Positions 42,401-57,600 of a stretch of 64,000 nt of DNA are shown here, one piece after another. The stretch spans positions 124,001 to 188,000 of the forward strand of contig JBEUKZ010000132.1 in the NCBI GenBank assembly GCA_048128005.1, written 5' to 3'. The notes under the pieces were generated by a model. That model was not told the origin of the DNA, did not search any database, and saw nothing but the letters and a program-made list of their open reading frames with translations. Both the position numbers and the translations under genes were made by a program. Position 1 is the stretch's first letter. Every line of letters starts with the position of its first letter. Origin of the DNA: Veleropilina oligotropha. Taxonomy: Eukaryota.

Positions 42401-45400
42401 TTTTCCAGAAGGCTGGCCAACCTAAATGTGTTTCAGGAGGTCCCTATTGATGAAAAATATCCACCATCCTTTTACAGCAGACGGTGTCCACCTCCCCTAT
42501 AAAACGTGGTCTTGGCCCCCGGCGTATACATACAGACGAAAGGACGGACATCGCAAGGACGGACATCGCAAGATCGCAATAATCTCTCAGGTAACGTGTT
42601 TAATACTGAATATACCGGTAATCAAAGGCAACAAAATAACAATGGTTCCACATACACTCGGTTTATTACAGAGTTTACAAGTGATGATTATATAATAGTA
42701 AAATACATTCTGGTTGTTGTCCTAACTGTACACTATGTACAAACTTAGCATGCGGCTACAATGATCGGGTTATAATACAGATCACGATACACTCACAGCA
42801 AACAGGCACCAAGATAACCCCGGTGCGCACGTATGAACAGGTAGAAAAATAGCAATTAAATATGCGACAAAATACATTACAATGATACATGGGATATATA
42901 AAATAGTTAAGTAAATGTTATTTATATATGCATGCTTGCTTGTTTTATACAATTTCTTCGCACACAATGATACATATTGTTTCAAGAATTGTTATAATCT
43001 ATATAACTAAATTAATAACAGTCCATAAAGTATACAGAATTCACATATAAATAGGGAAGGGATCTCTGACAGTCCAGTTAGTGATCTAAATTTTATGACA
43101 TAAAATCAAAATGTTAGTTATTGACTTATACCATTATATTTATTGCAAAGACCAATCATTATGCTATAGGTTATAATTCATTTTTTCAATAATTTAATTT
43201 CTATAATCCTCATTGTTTTATTGATATTACGCAAATTATGCATTTAATATATAGCATCCACCTAATTGAACATTAACTATACCACATAAAATCTAGCTAC
43301 GAAATATTTAAACAAAATATCTTTTGTCAAATTACCAAAAAATGTGTGACATGTACAAGTAGATATATCTCTGTTCTGGTTTGGTAGTCTACCATTAGCT
43401 TGGACATTGCCGTAACACATCAGACCAATACAAACTTTCTTTTTGATTAGACAAATATGAATACTGATAAAAATGGCATGCATCATATCTACATATATAC
43501 CGATAAACTATGCTTCTGACTATATACAAATTACAAAATAATAACGATATAATGCTCAGTGATTATGATATTATGCGATCACCAATTAAATATTCCTGCA
43601 AATAAATAGATGACATTCGGAAAACACATCAGCGATGTGGATTCCAGCTGTATTACATGAGGGTAGCAATATATGTAAACAGTGACACACGATGTACAGG
43701 GTCACACTGGATACAAAATAGTCCAGTACATCATTACATAATTTCTGTAACAGGGGTTTCAATAAGAAAAGCAATAGGAGGGTAATTATGTCCGACAGGC
43801 AGGTAATTTTTAACCAATACATTATTTTCTACTAAAAAGTCAATGTAATATGAGAATATCAGCAGGGTACACATTGGCTTACAGGCGGGTAAAAATACCC
43901 GGTACCTGCCTATTAATGACTCCCCTGGTCTGTATATAGTAAACTTGAATACAGATCAAGACTTTATCAATCAAATGCATTTGATGCAAGCCTAATACCA
44001 CTATCGTGTATATATAATAGTTTGGCAGAGCTATTTTACATTTGAAATTTGACTATAGATATATAGTTAATATCAAATATGGTTTTAATACACATGTACA
44101 CCAATACATGTCAGTCATTCATAAATAATCTACTAATAATTGCGGACTAGACTTTCATCGGACCTCACAACCACCTTTATAAATCACGTTGCTGAAATTA
44201 TATCCATATTAACATTTTGTCATGGTAAGACTTGTTTTTTGTTTTGTATGTTTTACTACGAGATTGGATCAATGCTTATTATTTTCATTTCGCGAAATCC
44301 GCGACGTCTGATTGGTCAAAATGACGCCACGTATTTAACAAATACTCATGTCAATCTTGACGTTTTCATATCAAACTACACGTCGCCTCCTAGACGTCAT
44401 TCACGTCTGCGGGAGATAATAAAGTGTTTTGAAATGTTTCTTTAAGATTCAATCATATACATGAATGTATATGACTAAACTATTCCTCAGCTTTTCAAAT
44501 ATCAATGTTATTTTGCGCTTAGAATAACCCGAAATGTGCAATTTAACATGACGTTATTCATTGTTTAGTCACTGTTCAGCATTGACAGGCATATAAAGAT
44601 AGATATTTTTTAAAATAAAAATGTTACCCTGCGGCTTCTCGCTTCAGACAACTGCGATTGATAACTGAATCAAGAATTTCAAGCCCCAAACGAGATTCAA
44701 ACCCATTACTGTTAGTTAGCGCAATCGAGCCAGTGATTTCAGAGTCGGCAATCGAGACCACATGGCTACCGGACAGTTTTACTAACACTTTAACAATTTT
44801 CAGCAACAATACAGTTGTGAACACTGGTTTAATTCAATCAGACAAGTTGGTCATTGCACTCGACCACTTACGGGCATGGCCATACGTTCAAATAATGTAG
44901 CTGACTAAACTCAATGTGGCTCAATTTCGATGATCAACGACTTCGATGCATTCTATGTGATTTGAAGAGAGCACGAATGCCACACGAGTGGCTATGTTAA
45001 AAAACAAATATGCTAAGTAATAATTACATCTATTTACCAACAAATTTATATCAAGTAAAGAACTGATGAAAAAAGAATGACACATGTTTTGAAGAGAATA
45101 CAACACGTGCAGGATTAGATCCAATATCTCTCATCCCAAAGCGAAGAATTGTACTTTTCATAGACATAGCATGAATGAACATCAATTGGAAAAATAATAA
45201 TGCAATTTTTAATAAACATCCAATTTGGCCATTTTTAAGAACAAAAATTATGCCAATGTCAAATATGAAAGCACAAATATTTAGAAACTGGTTTCAAGTG
45301 ATAATTGTAATCGGCCACACAACCACTCATAGTTCCACATCTTGAGCATACAAAATGGAAATGAAAGAATGAAATGAAGACAGTATTAATTAACCAATTA

Positions 45401-45672
45401 AATTAGAAATCTATAGACCATGTTACTTAAATATAAAAAAAAAATTAAATTTCATAAAAGTATACAAGAGGTGAATTCGGTTTAGGAATCTACAAAATCT
45501 ATTTTCCGTGGTTTTGATTGTACTATATATATCAAATATGTGTTTGTTCGATAATGCTTTCGACTGATTTCCACAAACAGTCTCAATTATGATGACGAGT
45601 TGGTAGATAAATTTACCATTAGTTGGTCCGCAGCTAATATAGCTGATAACAAGATCAAGGTCAGTTTGTCCT

Positions 45673-48600
45673 CTATTTGTGTGTGGCTTTTTTCCGGCGA
45701 GCATTCAACATGTCGTAAAACGGATGGTCGCTGATACTAGACCTACAAGATGGAAGCAACAACACTGAGGTTATAAAGAATCTAACATCATCTCTTACAT
45801 AATTTACCTGCATCATCCTAGAGAAACAGTTCAAACTCATAATTTCCAATAAAAAATACAGTTTTAAACTTTTGGTCTAATAGCAAAACATAACCTGTGT
45901 GATATGATATCCATCTGAGATCGTCCTGACATTCATCCTATAAATTGCATGTTTACAAACACCTTCATTCAAACACTTTAACAAAAAGTGCAGATATAAA
46001 AACGTATACAGTCGTACATGACAGCCTCGATATAACGCGGTCTTTGTGGTCCAAAATATTGGGACCGCGTTGTATCCGACCGCGTTATAGGAAACTTGTA
46101 TAAAAAATTTACATCGACGATGCATCGCAATAAATTACTAGTACCATCAGAGTTAATTGATATGCATTGTTTAGTAAATACAATACAAATGTATGTTCAT
46201 AACAAGAACGACGCGTTCGAAATATGTCTTGACATTTCTTTGTTTCCGTCAAATTTTCAGAACAGTTATAACGTTACAATGGCGAAGTGTATGTACAGTA
46301 GTTTACCACCCCGTCGATTGTGACGTCACTCAATGATGATTACTCTAAAGCGTCATCGTAATGACGTCATTGCTATTTACTTGATATTTGATATACGTTA
46401 CATAGCATAAATGCATAAAAGTACCCAATAAATGCATATTTTTGCAATAATTTGTCGCAAAAGTTATATACACGACCTACAAATACTTCTGGGAATGTGT
46501 GTACCAATTTTGGTGAAAATTGAGCCGGTAGTTTTAAAATAAATCGACGGATATATATATATATAAGTATATAAGCATATATACACACGGACCATTTGAT
46601 AATGTCTTGTCCTTTTTTACAAAAAGGTCAAGACATAAAAATGTATCTGATATATGTTGTTAATAAATTATCTCATATAAATATAATATGCACAGCCACT
46701 TGTAGGCCTATTTATTTTCCATTTTGTAAAATCCCCGACGGGCGGCACGTGTCTAATTAGCGTTTTGCCATTGTCATGCATCGCTGCTCGATTCCTATGG
46801 CTATGAGTCTGGCTAATTGTTCCACTTTCTTTAACGCCTTGTGATTACATTCATGATCGCATTGACTGTAATTTGTTTCAATGCCTGGTATCAATTATTT
46901 CTTCTGTCTTGTATTCAACGTGACAAAGCCATTTGAAAGTAACTTTCGATTATAATCTAGACCAATATAGATGGCACTTTTGCAGCCGAACTTCTAACTT
47001 GGACAATTCCAAAGTTAACTTGGGCACTGCACACTTCAACCATGCCCAACTTTCCGCGGTATTAACTTCGAGAAGAAGCCTAGTTTTCTCTTCCCAATAC
47101 AAGTGATGTTTTAGAACTCGCATATTTTCTCGCAGAAACGGTTTTAAAAGTTCTGCTATTTGACTATTTGCGCTGAGTTAGAGTACATATTTTTACTAAC
47201 AGGAAATTCGAAAACGAGACTGGGCAGTGCCAAAGTTAGAATTGGGCATATTGAAAGTTTGGCTTCATGCACTACAGGCGTGTGACCTATAACCCCGCAC
47301 CTGTCTAGCTTGTTACATGCTAAAATAACAAATTAAATTTAAGAGACGTTTAAAAATTAAAATCTCGAGACCGAATTTGTCATTTTATATAAAAGACTAA
47401 TCTATAGCTATGAATATAACAAGAACGACGCGTTCGAAATATGTCTTGACCTTTCTTTATTTCCCTCAAATTTTCATAACAGTTAATACAATGGCTAAGT
47501 GCAAGTAGTTCATGGCTTAATTTACTACCCCGTCGATTATGACGTCACCAAATGACGATTAATCTAAGGCGACGTCGTAATGATGTCCTTGCCATTTGCT
47601 TGCAATATTAGACATCAGTTATATACAAATATGGATAAAAGTGCTCAATAAATGCATATTTTTGCAAAATTGTGTCGCGAAAGTTATATACACGACCTAC
47701 AAATACTCTTGGGAATGTGTGTACAAATTTTGGTAAAAATTGAGCGGGTAGTTTTCAAATAAATCGACGGATATATATATATATATATATAAGTATATAA
47801 GTATATACACACGGACCATTTGATAATGTCAACGGCACTACTTTTATTAATTTTACGGAAGTTGGAAAATGGCGGACACATTAACTTTGATTTGTGATAA
47901 TGCTGATTACATTCGTGGAGTCGAGAGTTGAATAAAGAACACAAAAGGTATTTAAGCTTAATTGTAACTGCTATTTCATTCAAAGGGTGCGACTTGACTG
48001 TAGTGTTGAATTTGCGAATGAAATAAAACAAAGTGAAAAATAAACAGCCGCCCGGCTATCAGGAACCCCAGCCTTATATAGCAATCAGACTGCCATATAA
48101 AATCTGTGAACTTGACCTTGCCAGTAGCCCTTGGCTAAACACTGTGCTAACTGTCCATCTTGAAGAAGTTTGGATGAAAAAATAATTTAAAAGAAAGAAA
48201 AAATTGCGAGTATATTTAGATCAAAGGTCATTTTTCTCTCTGTTACATGATGTACTTACTAACCTTACAGAAAGAGCTTGGCAAAAATAAAAATAAAATG
48301 TTGACGGATTATAAAAATATATAAATATGGAATTTGTGAAGGTCAATGGCCAAATGACACACAGCTTTGGGTTATAGGCAACATATAAAAACAATTAAAA
48401 GGCTACCATGCTTAGTCTCCGAAAACCAGCCCGGACAAAATTTCAGGGTCAAAGGTTATTGTGGCAAGGTCAAAAATCATTCCCGTGAAATTTACCCAAC
48501 ATGATCTAGGGTACGATAAGGGTAGTCCATATGTCATAATATGTCTCCATAGCTATCATAGTAGCCAGGCTATAGGTCTCACAAAGTATGCAAATTGCGA

Positions 48601-51600
48601 GTATATTTTGACCTCTGTGACCTTGACCTTTGACCAAAGGTCATTTTTCGTATTTGTTATATGATGTACTAACCTAACCCTAAAGAAATAATTTGGCCCC
48701 AAAAAATTACAAAAAATAAAAAAAATCTAAATATAGAAAATTTGTGAAGGTCACTATGCAGAGGTCAAAGGATCAAAATTTTACTGCCATGCACAGCTTT
48801 GTATTATATGCAACACACCTAAAAAAATTAGAATGCTAACATGTTTGGTCTCAGAACCGGCCTGGACAAAATTTAAGGGTCAAAGGTCATTCACATGAAA
48901 TTTCGCCACCATGCATTAGCGTATGATAAGGGTAGTTAAAAGCCAATTTCATTTCTCGGCCAATGAGAGAGCAGTATTTCTCGTCAATTATTGCTGAAGA
49001 CGGCACTTTGCAGGTCTATTGTTTGCGATGCCTTACCCATTATTAAGAATAGGGGTGACAGGTTGTAATGTTAATATGGATCTTCTTGATATATTGGTAA
49101 AAAAGCTAATTATTTTGTAATAAATATGTGTTTCGATAACATAAATAGTTTAACAAATTAGATAATTATAAATAATTTGTGTGGAGAAATGAAATTAGCT
49201 TCTAAGTCGGTTAGACGGCAGCTTGTAGACTCTTATCAAAAAGTAGTCTCGCCCTACGGGCTCGACTCCTATTTTGCTAAGACTCTCCAATCCGCCATCT
49301 AACCTATACTTAGCATACCATATGAAATCAAGGTAACATGTTTGGTAGCCGAGATATAGGCCGGACAACATGAACCGCCCGTCCGCCTCTGGCGATGACA
49401 ATAACCCCAGCCTTTTTTTAGGCTGGGGTTAAAAATTCAATTGACAATGCCAATGACAATGACATTCACTGTTCAATACCGTGAAGGAATGACTTCGGGA
49501 TTTACTTAAATTAATTGGATTGCAAGATTTATAATAATTTTATTGAATCTTCAATAAGTAATAACATTTGCATCCGTGTTAGATAACATTTCTATTGTCG
49601 ACCCCAAAACTACTTAAGAAAATCCACACTGTAATCTAATTACATCGATGCAATTGCAAGTTCAGTTAAGGATAATTTTTTCTAAAAATACAACATTTTG
49701 GGAGCCATGGTTAGCCCCACGTTATAACCGATTCCGCGCTATACTGAGGCGCGTTGTATCGAGGCTGTCGTGTAGTTGAAACAATATGCCTTTCGAAACT
49801 AATGTATAAGCGCATAAAACTTTCACGTTAAAATTAAATATATCATATATTTATCATTAATAACACAATGCACCTGCTTCAATCACACACTATCATTTTA
49901 CAAAAAATTACTTCAATGATAAAAAAAATAATTGATATGCAATTGTTGAATGCTATTGACACTTTCTCATATAGCACAGCATTGTACGCTACATTAAATG
50001 AACAGACGCGTCTTAGTGCAGAGCCCTTTAATTTGACCATCGAGGTGACCTTACACTGACCTGATGCACGCTATCCACGCATCCTTCTCCTCTGCTGTGG
50101 CCGCCGACATCTTGTACACATTGTGTTTACCTACAGAACAACGCACAAATATATACTAGTGTAAGGTATTCATGAATTGGTAATTTAAATTTGATCTTGT
50201 ACAGCACGTGTCATATAACAACAGCTGGTTTTTGTAATCTAACAATAATAAATAACTTTAAAGGGAGTTTGGTACATGTTTTAACTATTAATGGTATAAT
50301 AATTATGTAAGCCAATTTGCATCACTGCAAAGTTCCTGTTAGTTATCATAAATTACTCCAACACAGTGGTGCATGATTACTTAAAATGAAACCTCAGTGG
50401 CGTACCTTCCACGACTTTTCCATCCGAGTCCACCTTACAGGCCTTGATGATGTCTTGTTGGCTGTTCCCATACAATTCAAAACAATGGGGTTTGTTCCCT
50501 TTTTCCGGAGTTTCTCGCACAGATATGTTCTCCAGCGGTATAATTCCCTTGGGTTCCTTGTCCTGATAAAGACATACAACAAAAATAAATAAATATATGC
50601 AGAGGACTTTTTTAATCCAACTCTTATGTTAGCATTAACCATTGTTATAATTATAATCCATGGCGGTCATGAGTTTAGAACCTATGCTCTACCACACCAC
50701 CACGTAACATTTTCTACGTTCTGACCTGTTGAGCTTTGATGTAAATCATGTGTCAGGCAACAATAATATATGTCACTAGATTATTGTTGCGCTGCCGGTG
50801 TTTGTAACTGCCAGTTGGACTTCGGTAACCGGCGGAATGCCCGTCACTGCGTAACAGTATTAATGTAACAAATAGTTCTGATAACGCCAGTGGATTTCGG
50901 TCGGGAACAGCACAGCCAAACTCTGTAGTTTGTGCTACTGATGGTGCATCTCAAATGCAGTCAAGTAATCTATTTTCATGATCATCTTCGAAACCATTTC
51001 ATGTCTGTGTAAATAAACAGATCGTCCTCAGGGTGTTGTGAATTCCGTCAGGTCTGCTTGATGGTAAGAGCTTCACGTCCAGTGACTAACGTGAAACCCA
51101 ACTAGACATCGGTTTCTCTATTACATGGGTGAGCCCCGTAGACAGCTATAAGTCCATATCCTGTAGCTTAGTGATATACGATAATCCATTTTTCTTCTAG
51201 TATAATACACTATTTATTTAACTGTGGCGAGGATTACATGTTTATACAGAGAATAATTACACAATTTGAGCCCCGCACTTGCGACGTGCACCCTAGCTAT
51301 AGCTAGGTCCGGACTGGCAAGGAAGGCATGCTCTGCTAGATCAAACTGCTCTCCCTGGTCCGGGACACGCCCTCGTCTAAGCCAATCATTTAGCTTACTT
51401 TGAACTCTCCCACAAAGTTTAATCTACCCTTTTAATAAACTCTTCCAATATTGCATCATAAACGCACGCAAAGTGACTCTGACAATCAAATTGACCTATA
51501 TGACATTGCGTCTAGCAATAACATAATTCTGGCGTCATTTGTCATGAACTCAGAACTAAATGCCATCAATCCCTTTCACATGTCTAAATATGCCAGCCAA

Positions 51601-54600
51601 TGTTAACATTATGTGATGTCATTAGCCGATATCTGACCTCCAGCTCTCATAGATTAGCTCGACTAATTATATCAGATCACTAGGTCACAATCAATCTCTT
51701 TTGGCAGTGCCATTCCGTGCACCCAGCAATAGTTCTCCTAAGACAATTAGTCATCAAGTACATTATTCCTGTTTAGAAATTTATATCAATACTAATAATC
51801 CATTCATAAAGTTCAACTCATTAAGTACCTAGACATCATATTGTAACATTATTGACAAAAACAAACTTTACAGAAAAATTCTTACCGTGGTGAACTCAAA
51901 GTAATACAAACAGTTGTCATTCAAAATGAACCATCTCCGTTTCCAGTTCTTGTATCGCCCACCTGGAACAAACAAGGAAATGAATACGAGCATACGATCT
52001 GTGTTAATAAATGGATGTCAAAAAGTCAAAAGATAATAAATCACCAGTACATAGACCTTTTTATAACAACAGGATCAATGTTATGCAATGATGTCAGCAG
52101 CACTCATATTAAGATTTCAGATAATGCTGATTATTTAATCTAAGGCTGATAGCAGATATCTCAACATTCTAAATATAATTATCCCATTAATGTAAAGTTT
52201 CATTAGTTGAATATTCAATGTGATTGCTGTTTTATTTGTTTTATGTGATATCAGCTGAAATATAATGTTGTTTCCTCTGTTGTCTGCTTGACCACTTTGG
52301 GGAAATGTTTATAAGTTAATAATATAAATACAGAAACTGTCAACAGTAGGCATCTACTCTATACAAGAGCTTATCCTTCAATTTTTAATGAACCAAAATA
52401 AATGCATATATTACAACTACAAGACAATTAAATTATGTTATGTCATGCAAAAATACACACTAATTAATAAAAAACAAAGAATAAAAACGTGAGAGAATCG
52501 TATTATGTCATCTTCTATGTTTATGTGTAACTGTTACATAATGTTTGTCGAAGTTAATTTTGATTTTGAAAAAAAATAACAATAGAACAATTAAGAAATA
52601 TGGAAAATGCTAAGCTAAAAATATTATCGTAAAACAATCCAAATTATAAATTCACAATTGATTTAGAAGTGACACACAGCATAAGCTCAGGCCACTCTGC
52701 ATGCTGATAGTGACGGTGGTGATGTGCATCCCCCATCCCCAGACAATTTATATATAGGGGCCCATACATAGGCACAATTATAATGTCATATATAGTATAC
52801 TGTACATAATGACACGGATTTCAGCCACTACCATCCCCCATGCAAACTCGCACACACATTAGTGATATTATTCAATTTTCTTCCTCCAATTTGAAAGTCA
52901 ACATGGTGATAATTTATGGCTTCTGCAAACAATTATACTTCATCCTAGTTGATGAATCAAATAGTTAACAAGTGAGGTCAGGTAATTGTCAACGACAACT
53001 GTTTTGGAATGTTTCCGGCGTTACAGTGTGAAATGCAGACATTATTAAAGAAAGAAGTCCATATATGGGTATACGTGTCAATATATGGGTATACGGGTCA
53101 ATATATGGGTATACAGGTCCATATATGGGCATACAGGTCAAGTTCGGTTTGCAGGGGTAGATATTCCAAAAAAATTGTGGTACCCAGCAGGGATACCACA
53201 AATGCATATCTGGTATCCCACAAAAATAACTGGTATCCCGTAATTTAAAGCATTAATTTAATTTTATTTGAACCTAAAATTCTATATACCACAATCAAAC
53301 TTTTCCGTAATTTGCAACCCTCAAAGTTGCCATTCAAATTTCCTGTCATTGTCCACGAGGTCCGGACAATAAGCATCTGGCATTAAAAACATTATTATTG
53401 ATTCATCTTACTTTTTTTTTTTTGGATAGTGCTCCCTTTTTTTTTTTTTTTTTTTCTCGATTATATTAAAAATGATAGTAAATTTTTTTTTTTTTCGCGA
53501 ATTTTCCGAATTTTTTTCGTGGTAAACCTTCCTTGGGGGACCCCGATTAACCCCCCAAAGTTTGAAGGTCCTAGGTCAAAGCGTCTGGGAGGAGTTCAAC
53601 TTGAAACAGACAGACAGACAGACACACATACAATTATAGCTCCATTATATTAAGATTTTGTGCTTAATTTAACTTTGACAATTATTATCCAATGGCAAAG
53701 GAAATTTTTAGTTGTCACATCATTATTTTTATGTTCATATTTGGACATGTCATTTTCACAACATTTAGCCATCGGCAACTATCAAGTATATTATCTTGAA
53801 AAAAATAAATAAATAATATTCAATTTATCAATTATACACATTTTATATGTTAGTTAATAAAATGGTCATTTTATTAATAGCCTGTTTACTGTGATCAGTA
53901 ATCATGACGTACCGTATTCCTCCGCATATTTATTTAGAAGTCGGTTATTTTTTTCAAACTTTTTAGATCGCTAAGTTGAGGGGTCGTCTTATCTGCAGGA
54001 CATATAATATTTTCAGGTCGACTATTGGAGAAATGTATCAAAATAAAGTTAATTTATTGTGTTCACTATTAACTTTGCTTAAAAGTAACAATTTAAAATC
54101 AAGACAAATGAATAACTTTTTATTAGCATTTTGTTTACGACAATACTTTCGTCATGCTTTCGATTATTTAACATGTGTTATTTAATTTTATAAACTTTTA
54201 TCTTACCAGAATATGTCTTTAACACACCAATTTATTATCCATAAACAATTAATTTCTCCTTAGAATCCAGATTTCATTTCAAAGTTGCCGACAGAAACAT
54301 TCACAAACAACATGGCTCCTTACCCTAATCTTACAGACTCAATATAAATATCCTTTCATTTTAATTGCAGCAACACTTCATAATTATTAAATATTATTAC
54401 ATACCGGTGTCTGTTTAAAAATGAAACTGTCAAAAATAATTAATATACATAATAATTAAAATTACCGTAAATAATGACATTTTTATGTAAGTCACGGCGC
54501 TACACGCGTGTAAATGACTGTAATGCTCCCAGAGGGAGTTGAGATGGCATATCGAGTGATACAGGCCCATAACCAGGGGTAATAATGTTCAGCGCATTGA

Positions 54601-57600
54601 GACACTAGCGTAATAATGCGCTATATAAGACCGGAGTATTATTATTATTATTATTATTAGTATGATCCTTACTGACTGAAGTAACCCTGATTATCAGCCA
54701 ATGAGAACGGTGCATTTAATTTTCTGATGTATTACTATTATTATGTTGACATGGTCGTGACAAATGCTTTCTCCAAGCTAATCCAATAACAAAAGAAGTT
54801 AATTGACATGGGACTGTTCAACAATGAGAAATATAATAGTAGTCTTCTGTCAATAAAGCATTTACTGATGGAGTTGCAATGTGTGGTGAAAGCTGATATC
54901 AAGGCACTAATTGTTGGTCGACAACAGTAAATATGGGAAGCAATTAGCCTGTTCACACCTGGATATGTTTTCACAAGCCAGTAATAAAATAATTAGGTTT
55001 TTTGTTTTGTTATAGGCGATTAGAAATTGGAAGTTAATTAGGGTGTTGTTTCAAGTGGACAATGGGTGAATGGACTTAGTTTGGTCTTTTGAATATCTGG
55101 TTCCCACTCGGGTTACTGGTTTGGATGGAAGATCATATACGTTAACTTAAAGGCAGCAGCATATCTATGCTGGAAAAAGCAGGGATTTCTGATGATGCAC
55201 ATTTTATATTATTTAGTTAGATCATGTTTTAGAAATTATATTAAATAATGTATGGATAACATAAATTAAACAAAGTCAAACAAACCACTAATATGTTATT
55301 ATCATGGCGCAATTATTACATTATGCTCATTTCAAACATAACATACAATTATAGCTGATAGGTTTGCATTAATTAAGCATACAAATGCCGTAAGCCCTTG
55401 GTATATTGTTATTAGTATTACCCATCAAAGCATCCAGTCACCCCAACGTCAATTGCAGATTTCGCAAGAATGACACTCAAATCTTTTCTTTGATGACCAC
55501 TTTTGGCAATTCTTCAGCCTTATCGCAGAACTCCGATCTGCCTTTTATTATTCTAAGCGGTGGAATAAGCTTCCGGCTAGTCTCTAACCCAAGCCCACCT
55601 GACACCCAATTTTGTATGTGTTGTACGCACTTGAAATTGGATGGAGTTTCTTGTCCTGTATATCAGATAGGGTCATGTTTTATGCATGTATAAGATGATG
55701 ATGAATGATGTATAACGACCAGCACCGTATCTGCTCGACCATGTTGCCCTACTATGCATGTATACATACAGCTAACTATTAGTATGTACACCTAAGCATA
55801 CATTTAGTATTATTGATTTTGATTCATTACCACCCAAACAATGCATTGGCGAATGTTATATGTTTGTGCAATGTTATTTAGAACAGCCCACACCAACGGT
55901 GATTGCGCACATGTATATATACGTGTTTATGTATACATATAGACAGCCAAGGTGACACAGACAAGCAAGCAAGCATGGATAGGTACTAAAAGCGAGTGAC
56001 AACAAACACTTACGCAGCCTAGTAACTCCTGTGGTAACAGAATAGCAAAACATACGACTTAATATGGTGATGTTTATACAATATGCGACAACTAGAGAAA
56101 CACAGCAAAGCGAGCGCGAGCACAAAGCATTTCTAGCAAGTAGCCAGGCATTACGAAGCTAGCAAGGTGACAGTCGCAATCTATCAGCTGTATATTTATT
56201 TATTGTGATTCCGAATAAAAGCTTTCTGAATAAACGGCAAAACCATGCACAAAATTGGCCTTAAAGTTAATTGCCAAGTTACACATGTCAGAGACATGTA
56301 GCAAAATCATGCTTATTTATTCTTTTTAAGAGCAAAAGCTTATAGCCTTGTAAACAATGGTGATATCCTCGTATAATTTGTAAAATAAAAAGTGAAGCAC
56401 TCTGGTCTTTGTAAAGATCGATGCTTAATGTCCTGTATATTTCCAACCATCATTTGGTTCAAAGCAGGACATGTCCGTATTATCGCCTGGGGATACTTGC
56501 CCTCTTCGACCAGTTATGGACAACTGTGATTCATAACTTGAACAAATGTGTGCTGCCCCAGCCGAGGTTTGAACCCACTAATGTTCGCGTCAGCGATATT
56601 AAGCCGGTGATTTTTCGGAGTCCACAACCGATACCACACAGCTGTCGAAGCGGCCGGTCTTTGTAAAGAACACTACCGGTCATTGTGAGTAATAAATATA
56701 TATAAATTTAGAGCAGAATTTAGCTTTCATGCAAAACATGCTGTCTTTACGCAAATTTTGATTTACGACATTTTGTCACTATTCTCTGGTCAATATCCAG
56801 TCATGCTTATAATATTATTCATCAAAATACTTGTGTTGCTGTACTAACTTAATGCAAACATTCGGTGAAATATCAATTTTATGAAAACATGGCGATATTT
56901 TTTTAAATAAAAGCAGAAATGGCAAGGTAAGTTTCCATAGATTCATCACATTTTTTTTTCATTTGAAAAATTAATTAACGTGTAACAATAATAAGATTTG
57001 AACATTTTCCGTAGGAAATGTAGGAGATCTTAGAGCGAATACAATTCACACTTGGAAGTTAATGAAATTTAGACATGTTAAGAAGACACCACACGTACGT
57101 TCGTAATGTTACATTTGAAAGAAGTTTAGTTTTTGCATGCAGAATTTAAAAGAGATTAATTTTGTTGTCCGACAAGTAAATGTGGTTTTGTAATCATGCA
57201 CAATATAAATATATATATATATGATAAACAGGAAACGAATAATTTCTTTATTAGTTCTGTAAATCATGAAATATTTGCGAGCATAACATTTTGGCGAACT
57301 TAGCGAGAAAGCAGAATTCGCTAACATTTTATGTCGCTAATATGTCTACTATTATATCCATACATAAGAAGGGTGGGTCACAAAGAAATATGTTTTTAGC
57401 AATGTAATTAATAAACTATCTAACATTGTTCAGCACTAATGCATTTTTATTACTTGCCGTTTATGTATGAATAAACCATATTTTCACCACTTGTTTGTTC
57501 AACTTTATTCCGCGAAAGGTCAGCTGAAATCTTTCAAAATGTGCGTAAAACTTAGGCCCGCCATTTTGTTTGTCTTTGTTTTAGTCTCGCCAAAAGGGGG

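Noticed and set aside
54405..54410. Alternative 6-nt microexon candidate (ttttaaacag|ACACCG|gtatgt) in the same cytohesin intron
   Set aside because: Weaker context, and such matches are expected by chance in 7 kb of AT-rich intron; not supportable without RNA-seq.
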